Source: a virus
DNA length: 64,000 nucleotides
Direction: 5' to 3' (one strand)
Virus record (IMG/VR): IMGVR_UViG_3300020180_000016
Span: 17,758 to 81,757 of that record
In this document: piece after piece, positions 38,616 through 48,999 of the stretch
Numbering within the stretch: the stretch's first letter is position 1
How the letters are laid out: each line of letters opens with the position of its first letter
Notes under the pieces: model-generated
Database searches by the model: none
The model's input: the letters and a program-made list of their open reading frames with translations, nothing else
Told to the model about the DNA's origin: nothing
Program-made: the position numbers and the translations under genes

Positions 38616-39115
38616 CCAGCACCGCCGATCTTCACACTGCCGTCACTTCGATCTGGAATGCATCGACACTCAATACAGAATTCAATTCATATTGGACGGC
38701 GGCTCAAAGATTAGGTTTCGCTGTTCTGCACGATCAACTGGCAGGGCCTTTACAGCCGTTTCCGTATTGTGTCTTTGAGCAAACTCAAGGAGATACGGAA
38801 ACAAGGATGTCTAGTGGGGTAGGGAATCCAGGTCGAAGAGAGATTCGGCGAGTACCTTGGAGCTTTACCGTCCAGACTAGAAAAATGAGCGGAGTGGCTC
38901 TGTCGGCCAAGGCAATAGCCGCCGATCTTGTTGATGAGATTATGAAGGTGTTTGGGGGCCACCCTACCGCAGCCCCAGCGAATTTCCCAGACCTCACTCA
39001 AGGTTACATTCTTCAATGTACCTATGAGAATGAGCTGCCGATCAGGATTGAAGACGATAATTTCTCGTGGAAGTTGATGTACGCGTTCCGTTTAGATGTT
39101 CCAGTTCGCGCCTAG
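38612..39115 (+). CDS. Tail terminator-like protein
   Basis: PFPYCVF motif; position. Confidence 0.6.
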   Translation: MTSTADLHTAVTSIWNASTLNTEFNSYWTAAQRLGFAVLHDQLAGPLQPFPYCVFEQTQGDTETRMSSGVGNPGRREIRRVPWSFTVQTRKMSGVALSAKAIAADLVDEIMKVFGGHPTAAPANFPDLTQGYILQCTYENELPIRIEDDNFSWKLMYAFRLDVPVRA

Positions 39116-39124
39116 GAATTTGCA

Positions 39125-39913
39125 ATGACTCGTTCGCTGTCGAATGCAAAGGTCAGTCTGGCGTTGACTGGGACGGTCCGAAATGCGATGACGTTCAACA
39201 CGTCTCGCGTCGCTTCTGGGGCTATCAGTCACACCGTCGATACGTCGTTGTCGGATGGAGTTTCTTCCGGAGAAGCGAATCGGGCTTGGGAGTACAAGGC
39301 AGAGCTGGCCAGCGGAGCGAGTGAGACAATTGACCTGTCTACCATGACCGGCATCAATCTTGGTGCTGGTGATGGCAACGACATCGTCGGCCAGACCATG
39401 AATCCGATTGCTGAAATTGTAGCCATTGTCGTCAGCAACGAAAACGCTAGAACGGTGGCTGGCTACCTTGAAGTTGAACCTGGTGCTGCTAATGGGTGGG
39501 CTGGTTTGGGTACCCATACGGTAGCGACAACAGGTGCCTTGGGTGGACAAGGCACCTTGTTTAAACAGCAGCCCGGTGACCCAGGCTTTGTGCTGGACGC
39601 GACGCATAAGAATCTCAAACTGACCGCAAGTGGTGGCGATCTCACATACAAGATCACATTATTTGGTCGACATGATGAGGATGAGAGTTCTTCGAGTAGT
39701 GTGTCATCAAGCTCGTCAAGTCCGTCATCGCAATCCAGTTCGTCCTCGAGTTCGTCGAGCTCGCTGTCCTCTTCGTCAAGCTCGTCAAGTAGTGTGTCAT
39801 CAAGCTCGTCAAGTAGTTCATCATCAAGCTCGTCAAGTAGTTCATCATCAAGCTCGTCAAGTAGTTCATCGCCAAGCTCGTCAAGTAGTTCATCGTCTAG
39901 CTCTACCAGTTAA
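39125..39913 (+). CDS. Tail-region protein with C-terminal poly-serine tail
   Basis: Beta-rich body plus about 75-residue Ser-rich tract. Confidence 0.7.
   Translation: MTRSLSNAKVSLALTGTVRNAMTFNTSRVASGAISHTVDTSLSDGVSSGEANRAWEYKAELASGASETIDLSTMTGINLGAGDGNDIVGQTMNPIAEIVAIVVSNENARTVAGYLEVEPGAANGWAGLGTHTVATTGALGGQGTLFKQQPGDPGFVLDATHKNLKLTASGGDLTYKITLFGRHDEDESSSSSVSSSSSSPSSQSSSSSSSSSSLSSSSSSSSSVSSSSSSSSSSSSSSSSSSSSSSSSSPSSSSSSSSSSTS
39770..39895 (+). repeat. 24-bp tandem repeat encoding Ser8
   Basis: TCATCATCAAGCTCGTCAAGTAGT-like units, about five copies. Confidence 0.75.
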
Positions 39914-39921
39914 GGAATGCC

Positions 39922-40350
39922 ATGTCATCCGAAAATACCAAGACAGGGCGACTCGGCAAATTCGTCGTCGAGAGCACCCAAGTCGCTCGAACGAAGAAGT
40001 GGGCCGTCAGCAGGACACTGGCATCAAAGAGCGAATGGGGCGATTCAGACTCTGGCGGTTTTACCAATCGGGCTGCCGGGCGTAAAGACGCAACCTTCGA
40101 TGCAGAAGGTGTGTATGCGACGAACGCTGAGCAATTCGATTTGTTCAAACCGGAAGACATCGCTAAGGCCGTCCTGTGGATGGACAACCTGACCTTGTAC
40201 TGGGTGTTTCCGAGAGCCTTGTGTCTGGACTTCAAGATGGAAGTCGACATTGACGGCGAAACGGTCATCGGCTGGAACTCCAGTTGGGGTGCTGACGGCA
40301 TTTACTACGCACCTGGCGAAGACAATGCACCGACTGAGACACTGCCGTAA
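39922..40350 (+). CDS. Tail tube protein
   Basis: Size, beta pattern, upstream of the chaperone and tape measure genes. Confidence 0.6.
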   Translation: MSSENTKTGRLGKFVVESTQVARTKKWAVSRTLASKSEWGDSDSGGFTNRAAGRKDATFDAEGVYATNAEQFDLFKPEDIAKAVLWMDNLTLYWVFPRALCLDFKMEVDIDGETVIGWNSSWGADGIYYAPGEDNAPTETLP

Positions 40351-40452
40351 AGTTCGAAATCGTAGTTCTGTGGAATCACGCCTCTGCCTAACTCCCGTTG
40401 AGTGTGGTTGGGGCGTGATTGACTTTGCCTGAGAGAAGAAAAGAGAAGAACC

Positions 40453-41094
40453 ATGTCGGAAGACGTCGCTCGGATTGTTGGGGCTCCATCCCCTACCACA
40501 GTCACAATCAATGGGAAGGCTTGTCAGCTCCGTCCGTTGTCGTTGGTCGAGTTGACTGAGGTGGAACGGGAGTGTCTCCGACATTACCGGAAATCGTACC
40601 TTGAGTGCTTCGCAGACAATGCGGCCTCATTGGGTGAGAAGGGCATGGACATCCTTGAACGCAAAATGGAAGAAGCGGCTCGGTGGGGTGTCGAGGACCT
40701 ACCATTTAAAGACGCGTTTGACTCCGAGAAGATGGTTTTCAACGAAAAGGTTCTGGAGTGGCTCAAAGGTAAGATCGAATTCGATCTGAGCCCTACCGTT
40801 AAGGACTACGAGAAGAAGTGCAAGAAAGTCATCGCCGGGCTTCTCGACAACAAGATGTTGCGAGTGCCTGAATATGAAGCGATGACGGGGCACACACCCA
40901 AGCCTGTTAAGATTCCGTACACTAATTGGTGGATTACCGGTTGTATGGATGGCATGATTACCTTCGTCTGGGTGGCTTACCGAAGTAATGGCGTGTCTCG
41001 TGAAGAGGTGGCTCGAGAATTGGGTCACAATCCTAGCCTAATGATTCAGCTCTCTCAAGAGCTTGAACGGATGAGTGCTCCGGGAAATGGGTAG
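40453..41094 (+). CDS. Tail assembly chaperone (G)
   Basis: Position; ends at the slippery heptamer GGGAAAT. Confidence 0.7.
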   Translation: MSEDVARIVGAPSPTTVTINGKACQLRPLSLVELTEVERECLRHYRKSYLECFADNAASLGEKGMDILERKMEEAARWGVEDLPFKDAFDSEKMVFNEKVLEWLKGKIEFDLSPTVKDYEKKCKKVIAGLLDNKMLRVPEYEAMTGHTPKPVKIPYTNWWITGCMDGMITFVWVAYRSNGVSREEVARELGHNPSLMIQLSQELERMSAPGNG

Positions 41095-41525
41095 GGCTCT
41101 CTTCTAAAGACAGATCTGGAGAAGAAGAGTCCACACCGACCAAAGATCTGCTCTGTGGAATAACACCACGTCATATTCGAGCTCTGTGCGAGAATCCTTG
41201 GGAAGGTGGTCGAGCGTACACTCCTCGAGAAGTCGGTGACATGACTCTCGACATGATTTATATGCTGCTGGTCGATTCTAGTAGATTGCGAGGAAATCGA
41301 CCGCTATCAATAGATCCTGAGTCCGTGCCGACTTCTAAGGATGGCCGAGCCAAAGGTCGAGCAGAAGACGGAACCGTTTTCTATGCTAAGGTGGGTGGTA
41401 AGAGTCAGGTTCAGTTAATCCGAGAACGAGCTGAGCAGACTCGGCAAGCTGAGTTAAAATCCCAGCAAGAGCGACGAGCTCGAGAACGAGAAGAACGATC
41501 AAAGAGGCGCCGACGTGGGACTTGA
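41082..41525 (+). CDS. Tail assembly chaperone -1 frameshift extension (GT)
   Basis: -1 frame is open from 41082 to 41525; YTPREVGDMTL motif. Confidence 0.65.
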   Translation, partial: GKWVGLSSKDRSGEEESTPTKDLLCGITPRHIRALCENPWEGGRAYTPREVGDMTLDMIYMLLVDSSRLRGNRPLSIDPESVPTSKDGRAKGRAEDGTVFYAKVGGKSQVQLIRERAEQTRQAELKSQQERRAREREERSKRRRRGT

Positions 41526-43542
41526 ACTAGCCAGAGCCTTTATCCGCATCCGTGGTGACTCGACTGAACTTCCTGGTGACTTAGAAGATACCAAGGACAA
41601 GGTCAAGGAAGCTCTTGGCGATATCACTTCCGGAATCTTTAGCACCTTGGCTTCTTTTGCCATGTTTGGAAGGGGGGTGATAAATCGAGGTTTGCAAGCG
41701 GCTGGGGAATTCGAGAAGACTACCGTTGAAATGGAAACGCTTCTTGGGTCAGCCGAAGAGACATCGAAACTGCTGGCGAAGCTGACGAAATTCGCCGTCG
41801 AAACTCCTTTTGAGATGCCCGGTATTCTTCAAGTCACTCAAGGCCTCATCCAGTTTGGTGAGCGGGGTGATGAGCTGATGAGCACCTTGAAAATCTTGGG
41901 CGACGCCTCCGGTGGTACATCCCAGAAATTTCAACTTCTGGGCATGGTTTTCAACCAAGTCCGCGGTGTGGGTAAATTGCTGACTCAAGACTTTCGTCAG
42001 CTCAGCACCCGCGGAATCATCTCACTGCAAGACATCGCGAAGCATTATAAGGTCACTACCACAGTGGCTGAGCATATGCTGTCATCTGGAAAAGTCAAGT
42101 TTGAAGACTTCCGGAAGATTATGAAGGGCTTGACGGAAGAAGGTGGCCGATTTGCCAACGCGATGATAAAGCAGTCCACTACTCTGTTAGGCTTGAATAG
42201 CACTCTCTCTGATGCTCGTAATATTGCAACCCGCATCTTGGTGATGCCGCTTGTACCGGCTGTGAAAGCCCTCACGCAGGTGTTCATTGCCTTGGCTGGA
42301 TCCGTTGAAACTGTGGTCAGAATAGGTGGTTCTGCGGTATCCTTTGCGTTTGTAGGTGCGACGGCCGTGGCCATGCTGGGTGGTGCGGTTAGCGGCTTAA
42401 TCGTCGTCTTGAATCTTCTTGGACTGACCATCCGGAAAGTCATCATCGGCACAGGGGTCGGGGCCGTCATCATTCTAATCGGAGCTGCGATTGGTTTCTT
42501 GATTGGGATGATAAAAGACTATGTAGTCGTCCAAAAAGCCTTCAATGCGGTCTGGGATGGATTGATCGAGGCTGCTCGTCCAGCCTATGATGTTTTGATG
42601 AAGTTCTGGAAAGACAATGAAGCCAATTTACTCTACATCAAGAGTTTGTGGAGTGAAGTTGTAAGAAACAGCATGTCGTTGTTGACAGAATTTGGAGATA
42701 AGGCTTCTTCAATTTTTGAGATGTTTATAAGCCTTGTTGGCCGAGCCGGTGAACTTTTCGCTCAAAGATTTATCGTGATGGCAAGTGTCGCTCTTCGTTT
42801 TATATCGCTATTCTTGGAAGGCTTGGCGATTCTGGTGACCGACTGGACGATGACTTGGGATATGATGAAGTTGATTGTGGCTTTGGCTGCTCTCCAGATT
42901 ACGTCGAGTATGGTGTATGCCTACGATTCTATCGTGGCCGTGGTGATTGCGTCATCATTCGCGATGGTGCAGATAATGAAAGACACGGCCTACAATCTGG
43001 TCTTACCATTCGTCGCGGCAACTCAAGCCATTAAAGGTCTCTTCATTGCCCTGTGGGAAGGAATCAAAACCAAGTTCGCTGGGGGTGATTTCACAGACGC
43101 TTTTTTCGCCAAGCTGAACGAAGAGATGGCCAAGGTGGACACCAAGCTCCGACCTATTGGAGAGAAAGCGGCCAAGGCTTACAAGGCGGCCTACAAACCC
43201 CCTGGAGATCCTTATAAGGATTTGATTGACACGACAAAGAAAAATATCCAAGAATTGTGGGATAAGATGAAGGGTGCTCGGAACACGAAGTTGACGGCAG
43301 ACCAAATGATTGCCGACCCAGCAGCTCCGGGTGGGCCAGCGGCCGTCGTCCCGGAAGCTACCAAGGCTATGCTCAATACCGGTCGATACAGTTTTTCGGA
43401 TTTTGGCAATAAAATCCAAGATTCTTTGTTAGGTACGAAAGATCATGGTGCTCAGCAAGTCGAACTGATGAAGTTGGGTAACGACAAGCAAGACGAGCTC
43501 ATCAAAGCCGTTAAAGATGCACCCAAACCAGGATTGGAATAA
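41515..43542 (+). CDS. Tape measure protein
   Basis: FAVETPFEMP, LGDASGG, QLSTRGI, GG.FANAM..QS.TL.G tape-measure domain. Confidence 0.9.
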   Translation: MGLELARAFIRIRGDSTELPGDLEDTKDKVKEALGDITSGIFSTLASFAMFGRGVINRGLQAAGEFEKTTVEMETLLGSAEETSKLLAKLTKFAVETPFEMPGILQVTQGLIQFGERGDELMSTLKILGDASGGTSQKFQLLGMVFNQVRGVGKLLTQDFRQLSTRGIISLQDIAKHYKVTTTVAEHMLSSGKVKFEDFRKIMKGLTEEGGRFANAMIKQSTTLLGLNSTLSDARNIATRILVMPLVPAVKALTQVFIALAGSVETVVRIGGSAVSFAFVGATAVAMLGGAVSGLIVVLNLLGLTIRKVIIGTGVGAVIILIGAAIGFLIGMIKDYVVVQKAFNAVWDGLIEAARPAYDVLMKFWKDNEANLLYIKSLWSEVVRNSMSLLTEFGDKASSIFEMFISLVGRAGELFAQRFIVMASVALRFISLFLEGLAILVTDWTMTWDMMKLIVALAALQITSSMVYAYDSIVAVVIASSFAMVQIMKDTAYNLVLPFVAATQAIKGLFIALWEGIKTKFAGGDFTDAFFAKLNEEMAKVDTKLRPIGEKAAKAYKAAYKPPGDPYKDLIDTTKKNIQELWDKMKGARNTKLTADQMIADPAAPGGPAAVVPEATKAMLNTGRYSFSDFGNKIQDSLLGTKDHGAQQVELMKLGNDKQDELIKAVKDAPKPGLE

Positions 43543-44543
43543 TGGCTTCTAATTTCGACGATCCTAGTTTGTGGCGGATGCGAACTTCCGGCGGGCTTGC
43601 CGTCAAATATCTCGGAATTGAAGGTTCGTTTGCCCCTGAGAAAGCCCAGGTTACTGTCAAGTACCTGATTCGAAGTAGTGATATAGTCTCTTTTATGCTG
43701 GAGATGTTTCCAAACCCTATTCGAATTGGTGAGATTGAGGTACCGCAGAGCACACCGCTTCCAGGTTTGCCGGGATTGATTGCCAATAACGTCACCTTCA
43801 AACAATTCGACGACGGCAAACCGGCTGACCCATTCGGTTTCGATCCGTCTGCTCCGGCAGGTACCTATTACCCAGTCATTCAAGTCTCTGTTGATTATGG
43901 CCAGCCCAAGGCCTCGCAGGATCCTAAGGCCGACGACCCGAAAACATTCTTAGAGATCAGTGGGCATGCTACGGGCGATTACTTGACTACGACGGCACCG
44001 AAAGGTAAGTGGATCCCTAAGACTAAGAACCCTGAGTCTCTGCCTGAGACGAACGTACCTAACGAGGGTGACATTCCGTTTGAAGAATTGCGGCTGCAAA
44101 AGCCTGTGGTTGAGAAAAAGGTAGCCGTCAAAGATCCGACGATCCCCATCATCCTTCCAGTTCCGCAGACGGAATGGACTGTCAAGTGGTCACAGATCCC
44201 ATTTGATTATTTCCAGAACGTCCTGATCTACCGCCTTCGTTGGGGGATGGGGATGGTGAATAGTACCGCCATGCCAGTTCTCTTCGCAGCTCTACCGGAA
44301 ACGATTCTGTTTGCTGGGTACTCTTACCAACAATCGTACACCTGGCGAGATGGTAAGATAGGAACTCCTCCCGTTTCGGTTGAGATGAAGTTCCTCGAAA
44401 AACGGATCCTTTGGGGTGGTGTTCTGCGGACTCATAATGATTTCTGGCGTTCCGGTACCGGGTGGGAGACCCTTACCCTTGACGGTACTCGAAAGGTGTT
44501 TGAATCCCGTGATTTGAATGGTTTGTTCCAGATCGGTTCGTAA
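43542..44543 (+). CDS. Distal tail / hub-like protein
   Basis: Follows the tape measure gene. Confidence 0.55.
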   Translation: MASNFDDPSLWRMRTSGGLAVKYLGIEGSFAPEKAQVTVKYLIRSSDIVSFMLEMFPNPIRIGEIEVPQSTPLPGLPGLIANNVTFKQFDDGKPADPFGFDPSAPAGTYYPVIQVSVDYGQPKASQDPKADDPKTFLEISGHATGDYLTTTAPKGKWIPKTKNPESLPETNVPNEGDIPFEELRLQKPVVEKKVAVKDPTIPIILPVPQTEWTVKWSQIPFDYFQNVLIYRLRWGMGMVNSTAMPVLFAALPETILFAGYSYQQSYTWRDGKIGTPPVSVEMKFLEKRILWGGVLRTHNDFWRSGTGWETLTLDGTRKVFESRDLNGLFQIGS

Positions 44544-44544
44544 A

Positions 44545-46038
44545 ATGGCAGAACCATTCCCAGATAAGAAGCCGGGTGACCAGCTCTCTGCTGAGCACGT
44601 CAACAATCTGAACAGAGCTGGTCGCTGGGTGCGAGACCGAGCTGGCAGCTCTTTTCTTTCCATGGCTGGTGGACATCCATTAGCACCGTCACCTCACAAT
44701 CAACGAATTGTGATTGTGGTTGGTATTCAGATTGAAGAAGAATCCGATCATTCTTCGTCCTCGTCGAGTTCTGATTCCGCATCGTCGGCTTCGTCTGCAT
44801 CTTCTGGTTCATTTTCATCCTCAGAAGGTTCCGATGGGTGGGACTGTGAAGGTGCCAGCTATCAAGTCCGGATGCGATATTATGACACCGATGATAATGA
44901 GTGGAAGACGAATGCCGACGACGAATCATTCTGTATGGACGCATCCGAATTTGGAGATCCATTCTCTGTAGGTGACGTTCTTGTTGCTTGGTGGGATCCT
45001 CAAAGAGGTGCCTTCGTCCCTGGTAATGTTTCAGGAATAAATGATTCGACCGGTGTGTCGAATGCAACCAAATTTGCAAGAGTGACTAATGGATTGAATA
45101 GAACGACCGCCTTGAATCCAGCGTTTTTGCAAACAAGTCTTGGAGTGTACACAGAGGCTATTACCGTTGATCGGACATATTTCAGTGGGTATGCCTTTCC
45201 TAACGAAATTGTAGAGGTGCGAAGGGAGCCGACGGGTTGGTTTGCCTACGGACGCGGGCACACAAAGATTAAGGGAGTTCTTAAGACTGATTTAGAGTCG
45301 CGAGGTACCGCCCTTGTTTGGGTGTCGACTCTTACCATTACTTCGTCAGACGGATCTAGTGACGGCTTCTATGATACCTTCACTTCGTCTGTTAGGGTGA
45401 TGGAGGCTGTTGGAATTCCGGACGGTGTATTTGTGGCTGGTACTGAAATAACTGCTGATTGGCATGACCAAGGGCGGATGTTCCTTGTTGATGTGACCTC
45501 AGCTTGTCCGGATACAGTATCATCCCAATCCGGATCGACTTCCTCGTTGTCGGTAAGCTCTAGGTCAAGTTCGTCCAGGTCAAGTTCTAGTCAATCCAGT
45601 TCCGCATCTGTTTCCGACGTGTCAACACAATCGTCGCAATCTGGATCGACTTCTTCCGCATCTTCTGATTCGTCGGTAACACCGTGCGATGTGTCGGCTA
45701 TCACAAATCTTACATGGTCCATGTCTGGTGTAGTCTCAGCATCCTGCTCAGCCTTGTGTGGCGTCTTTAATGGTAGTTGGGCTGCTTCTGGTGTTGCTGG
45801 GGGTACGTGGATTGGGTCATTAACCGGTTCTGCTTGTGACGGACCGATTGTTTGTAATGTTGATTGGAATCTAACTACTTTCAATAAAGTGACAATGAAA
45901 TTCATCAGTGGTTCAGTCGAATATGCGAGATATGTAGGAAATTGTGTTAGTGTCTTAGGTGACGTATTTGTTCTTCAAGTTCCTGATGGCGGTCAATGTG
46001 ATGAATGGCCTGTCAATATCACAGTGACAGGGACATAG
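44545..46038 (+). CDS. Tail protein with two internal Ser-rich tracts
   Basis: GDQLSAEHVN start; two Ser-rich linkers; Cys-containing C-terminus. Confidence 0.6.
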   Translation: MAEPFPDKKPGDQLSAEHVNNLNRAGRWVRDRAGSSFLSMAGGHPLAPSPHNQRIVIVVGIQIEEESDHSSSSSSSDSASSASSASSGSFSSSEGSDGWDCEGASYQVRMRYYDTDDNEWKTNADDESFCMDASEFGDPFSVGDVLVAWWDPQRGAFVPGNVSGINDSTGVSNATKFARVTNGLNRTTALNPAFLQTSLGVYTEAITVDRTYFSGYAFPNEIVEVRREPTGWFAYGRGHTKIKGVLKTDLESRGTALVWVSTLTITSSDGSSDGFYDTFTSSVRVMEAVGIPDGVFVAGTEITADWHDQGRMFLVDVTSACPDTVSSQSGSTSSLSVSSRSSSSRSSSSQSSSASVSDVSTQSSQSGSTSSASSDSSVTPCDVSAITNLTWSMSGVVSASCSALCGVFNGSWAASGVAGGTWIGSLTGSACDGPIVCNVDWNLTTFNKVTMKFISGSVEYARYVGNCVSVLGDVFVLQVPDGGQCDEWPVNITVTGT

Positions 46039-47052
46039 ATGTATTCATACGGTCCTGATTGTTGCTGCGATGAAGTATCACCCACCATAAATCAGTGTGG
46101 TGCAGGTGCCTGTTATCCGAATGAGAACATCGCCTTTATTGTCCAAGATCAAGGATTCACTGAAGGCTGTGATGTACTGATCGGAGATTATCTACTCTGC
46201 CGTTCAGGTGAGTGTAGCTGGACGATGGGACTCTTCTACGCTTGGTCATTATCATGGAATTCAGGCACACCAGGATATTGGGAGTTAGTCGGTCCGTCAT
46301 TGACTGGGACTGGATTCAAATACAGAGCTGCTCGAGATGCTGTCGATTGTGTGACGATGGCTCCGGTTGTCTTTGAATTGTATAAGTATTTTGATAGGGC
46401 TTGTGAAGATTACCCACCGCTACCAACCACAGTCATTCTTCAACCAATTCCACATCCGACCTATGAATGGGAATGGTCTGAGTGGTTTTTGGCTGGATCT
46501 GGTCGCACTGAGCAACCACCAATCGGAGTTGATTTGGATAATCCCCCGTGGACGGATCCTAATGAAATCTCAATAGACAATGACACCGGAGCTTCAGTTC
46601 TTCTTGGCACGTCAGGCACTTCGGAGTATTTGTACGCTGAAGACTTCCCTCTTGCATTTCCTGAGAATATCTATGCAAATCACTTTCAACTCGCAATTCG
46701 AGCTAGGTCACCTACGCCAGGATACTCATTCGATCTACACCAACCTTTGGTGACGATTCTTGGAGGATATTCTATGGGAGCTGGAGCTCCTGTCCCTACG
46801 CCTGAGACAGTGACAGGTGATTGGTCGACATTCGTTTGGGACCCTCCGTTTCAATCAACATTTCCCTACGGTAGTATTCTGGGGCAGCCTCGGGCTGCAG
46901 AACTCATAGAGAACGTGAACGTCAGAATTACTGCAATATCACAATTTGGCGCCGCCGCTGACGGTGTTGCTGAAATCGATTGGGTCAAGATTCGGTTCAG
47001 ACTTGGGTATTGTAGAGAAGGATACTCCGAGTGGGTGAAATACCAAGAATGA
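46039..47052 (+). CDS. Cys-rich tail/receptor-binding-like protein
   Basis: PDCCC N-terminus; C-terminal beta-sandwich resembling the 21648 protein. Confidence 0.5.
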   Translation: MYSYGPDCCCDEVSPTINQCGAGACYPNENIAFIVQDQGFTEGCDVLIGDYLLCRSGECSWTMGLFYAWSLSWNSGTPGYWELVGPSLTGTGFKYRAARDAVDCVTMAPVVFELYKYFDRACEDYPPLPTTVILQPIPHPTYEWEWSEWFLAGSGRTEQPPIGVDLDNPPWTDPNEISIDNDTGASVLLGTSGTSEYLYAEDFPLAFPENIYANHFQLAIRARSPTPGYSFDLHQPLVTILGGYSMGAGAPVPTPETVTGDWSTFVWDPPFQSTFPYGSILGQPRAAELIENVNVRITAISQFGAAADGVAEIDWVKIRFRLGYCREGYSEWVKYQE

Positions 47053-47498
47053 AACCTTGCCGATTTTCGCGGATTAGTCTCACGACCGTTGTCTGTCTCG
47101 ATTGCGGTCAAGTTGTTGAAACACGAGATGCTCCGGAACGAGTTCACGCATCCTGCCAACCTGCCGCTGACCGACCAGAGATCATCAAAGGTGCGGCACT
47201 GACCGGGGGGCCTGGGACGGAGCTAAAGGCTCTACTCAAGTCCATCGGAGTATCACCGTCACCGAATTGTGATTGTAATCGTGTTGCCGCCGAGATGGAT
47301 CGAATAGGTACCAAGAGATGTATCGAGCGGAAGGCTGAATTTGTCGAGAAGTTGCAAGCCGCCTATCTCAAATCTTCATGGTTGCAGAGAATCACTGCTG
47401 CGGGGATGGCTTTGAAGACGGGTGTGGCCTTCAAAATCAACTGGATTAATCCAGTTGATGGGCTCTTTGATGAAGCCTTGCGTCGATCTGTCAAATAA
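47049..47498 (+). CDS. Cys-containing hypothetical protein
   Basis: GPGTELK..L...G....C.C....MD motif. Confidence 0.55.
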   Translation: MKPCRFSRISLTTVVCLDCGQVVETRDAPERVHASCQPAADRPEIIKGAALTGGPGTELKALLKSIGVSPSPNCDCNRVAAEMDRIGTKRCIERKAEFVEKLQAAYLKSSWLQRITAAGMALKTGVAFKINWINPVDGLFDEALRRSVK

Positions 47499-47530
47499 GA
47501 AATTCAGAGACGGTGTCGGTGCTCGTAGTA

Positions 47531-47590
47531 TTGAGGAGGGTTTTGTCATGTTGAGGATGGTTTTGTCCTATTGAGGAGGGTTTTGTCATG
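47531..47590 (+). repeat. Three tandem 20-bp units containing RBS and start codon
   Basis: TTGAGGAGGGTTTTGTCATG / TTGAGGATGGTTTTGTCCTA / TTGAGGAGGGTTTTGTCATG. Confidence 0.85.
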
Positions 47591-47974
47591 TTGAAGTCAA
47601 CGGTTGCTGCTCTGGTTGTGTTGGCCTTGGGCGGCAGCACCCAAGCCGAAGAGATTTACAGTGTGGGGCAGATTCAGCGGATGGCTGAGCGTATCTGGGA
47701 AATCCAAGAAAGAAATGCCGTCCAAGAAAGAAATGCCGTCCAAGAAAGACGTCCAATCACGAAATTGACGCCAGTCTCTCGTGATTGGCATTCGAAGCAA
47801 GGTGTGATTCTGTATCACGGCCGATTCATCGAGTTCAAAGACAATCAGATCACCTTGGAGCTTGACAATCATTCCAAGGTGAAGGTCAGGATGGCCAGCC
47901 TGACTGAGAAAGACAAACGGTTTATTCGCAATTCCATCAAGGTTCGAAATCAATTGATCCCCAAGAAGAAATGA
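47588..47974 (+). CDS. Secreted SHD1-domain protein
   Basis: Signal peptide; R.W....G......F.......L......V.V....L...D..FI pattern. Confidence 0.65.
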   Translation: MLKSTVAALVVLALGGSTQAEEIYSVGQIQRMAERIWEIQERNAVQERNAVQERRPITKLTPVSRDWHSKQGVILYHGRFIEFKDNQITLELDNHSKVKVRMASLTEKDKRFIRNSIKVRNQLIPKKK

Positions 47975-48999
47975 TGGATTGCGTCTACCTAAGAGAAGAG
48001 ACCAAAGAGAAGACGCCTGACGATCGGATCATCCATCACTGTCTGATCCACGGCAGTTGCACGAAGTCCGGAAAATCTCATCCGGTAGCTTCGTGCACCG
48101 ACTGCCGTAAGTCGTTGACGTTGAATCAAAACCTATCTGGATTTCTTGACCATCTGACCATGCTGGATCGGACAGGTAAATCCAATAGCTCACTTCGAAA
48201 CCTACTGGCCGGCCGACCATCATTCTTAGTTTGCGGAGGCCCGTCAGCGAAAGACCTACCACTCGAGAACTTGACGAGACGGGGTATTTGGTCTCTAGCT
48301 GTGAACAACATGGCCGGGATGATCCCCGTCTCGTCATTCATTTGTTCGGATCCACCATCGAAATTCCATAACGGAATCTGGTTGGATCCAAATGTCATGA
48401 AGTTTGTGCCCACTCCAAAGATGCGAGGATGCCGCGGTCGACTTCGTGAGAAGGTGGGTGCTGAGTTTCGCCAATTGCGACTGGGCGGTAAAGATGTGAC
48501 TGTTGAAGATTGCCCCAATATCTGGGGTTTCGAGCGTCGATCTTGGTTACTGCCCGATGCCACATTCTTTACAGAGACGTCAGCCGCCTGGGGTAACCAT
48601 CAATCCGGAGTCAATCGGACTGGGTTGTCAAAAACTGTCTGCACCATGCTTCTCGGACTCCGCATCCTTTACTATCTAGGGAGTCGGCGGATTTACCTTG
48701 TAGGGGTGGATTTCAATATGAAATCCGGTGTGGGTTTGAAGGACAACTATGCCTTCGGGGAAAAGCGAGATGCATCTGCCGTAGCCTCGAATAATGACCA
48801 ATATCGTATAGTCAACGGCTGGTTGCAGACCTTGCAAACTGATGGCGTTTTTCAGAAGTTTGGGTTAGAGATATTCAATTGCAATCCAGCATCCGGCCTC
48901 CGAGCTTTCGCTCATGTTCCGTTCAGGCTTGCAATTCAAGACACGATTAAAGATTACCCGTCTGAGCCCTTTGACTTGGAAGCTTGGTACGAGAAATGA
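47971..48999 (+). CDS. Maf/DUF115-like glycosyltransferase-fold protein
   Basis: VCGGPS, AVNN, YYLGSRRIYLVGVDF, IFNCNP motifs; Cys-rich N-terminus. Confidence 0.65.
   Translation: MMDCVYLREETKEKTPDDRIIHHCLIHGSCTKSGKSHPVASCTDCRKSLTLNQNLSGFLDHLTMLDRTGKSNSSLRNLLAGRPSFLVCGGPSAKDLPLENLTRRGIWSLAVNNMAGMIPVSSFICSDPPSKFHNGIWLDPNVMKFVPTPKMRGCRGRLREKVGAEFRQLRLGGKDVTVEDCPNIWGFERRSWLLPDATFFTETSAAWGNHQSGVNRTGLSKTVCTMLLGLRILYYLGSRRIYLVGVDFNMKSGVGLKDNYAFGEKRDASAVASNNDQYRIVNGWLQTLQTDGVFQKFGLEIFNCNPASGLRAFAHVPFRLAIQDTIKDYPSEPFDLEAWYEK

Noticed and set aside
39630-40085. Repetitive ORFs (QARQVVHH / MMNYLTSL) in other frames
   Set aside because: By-products of the 24-bp poly-Ser repeat
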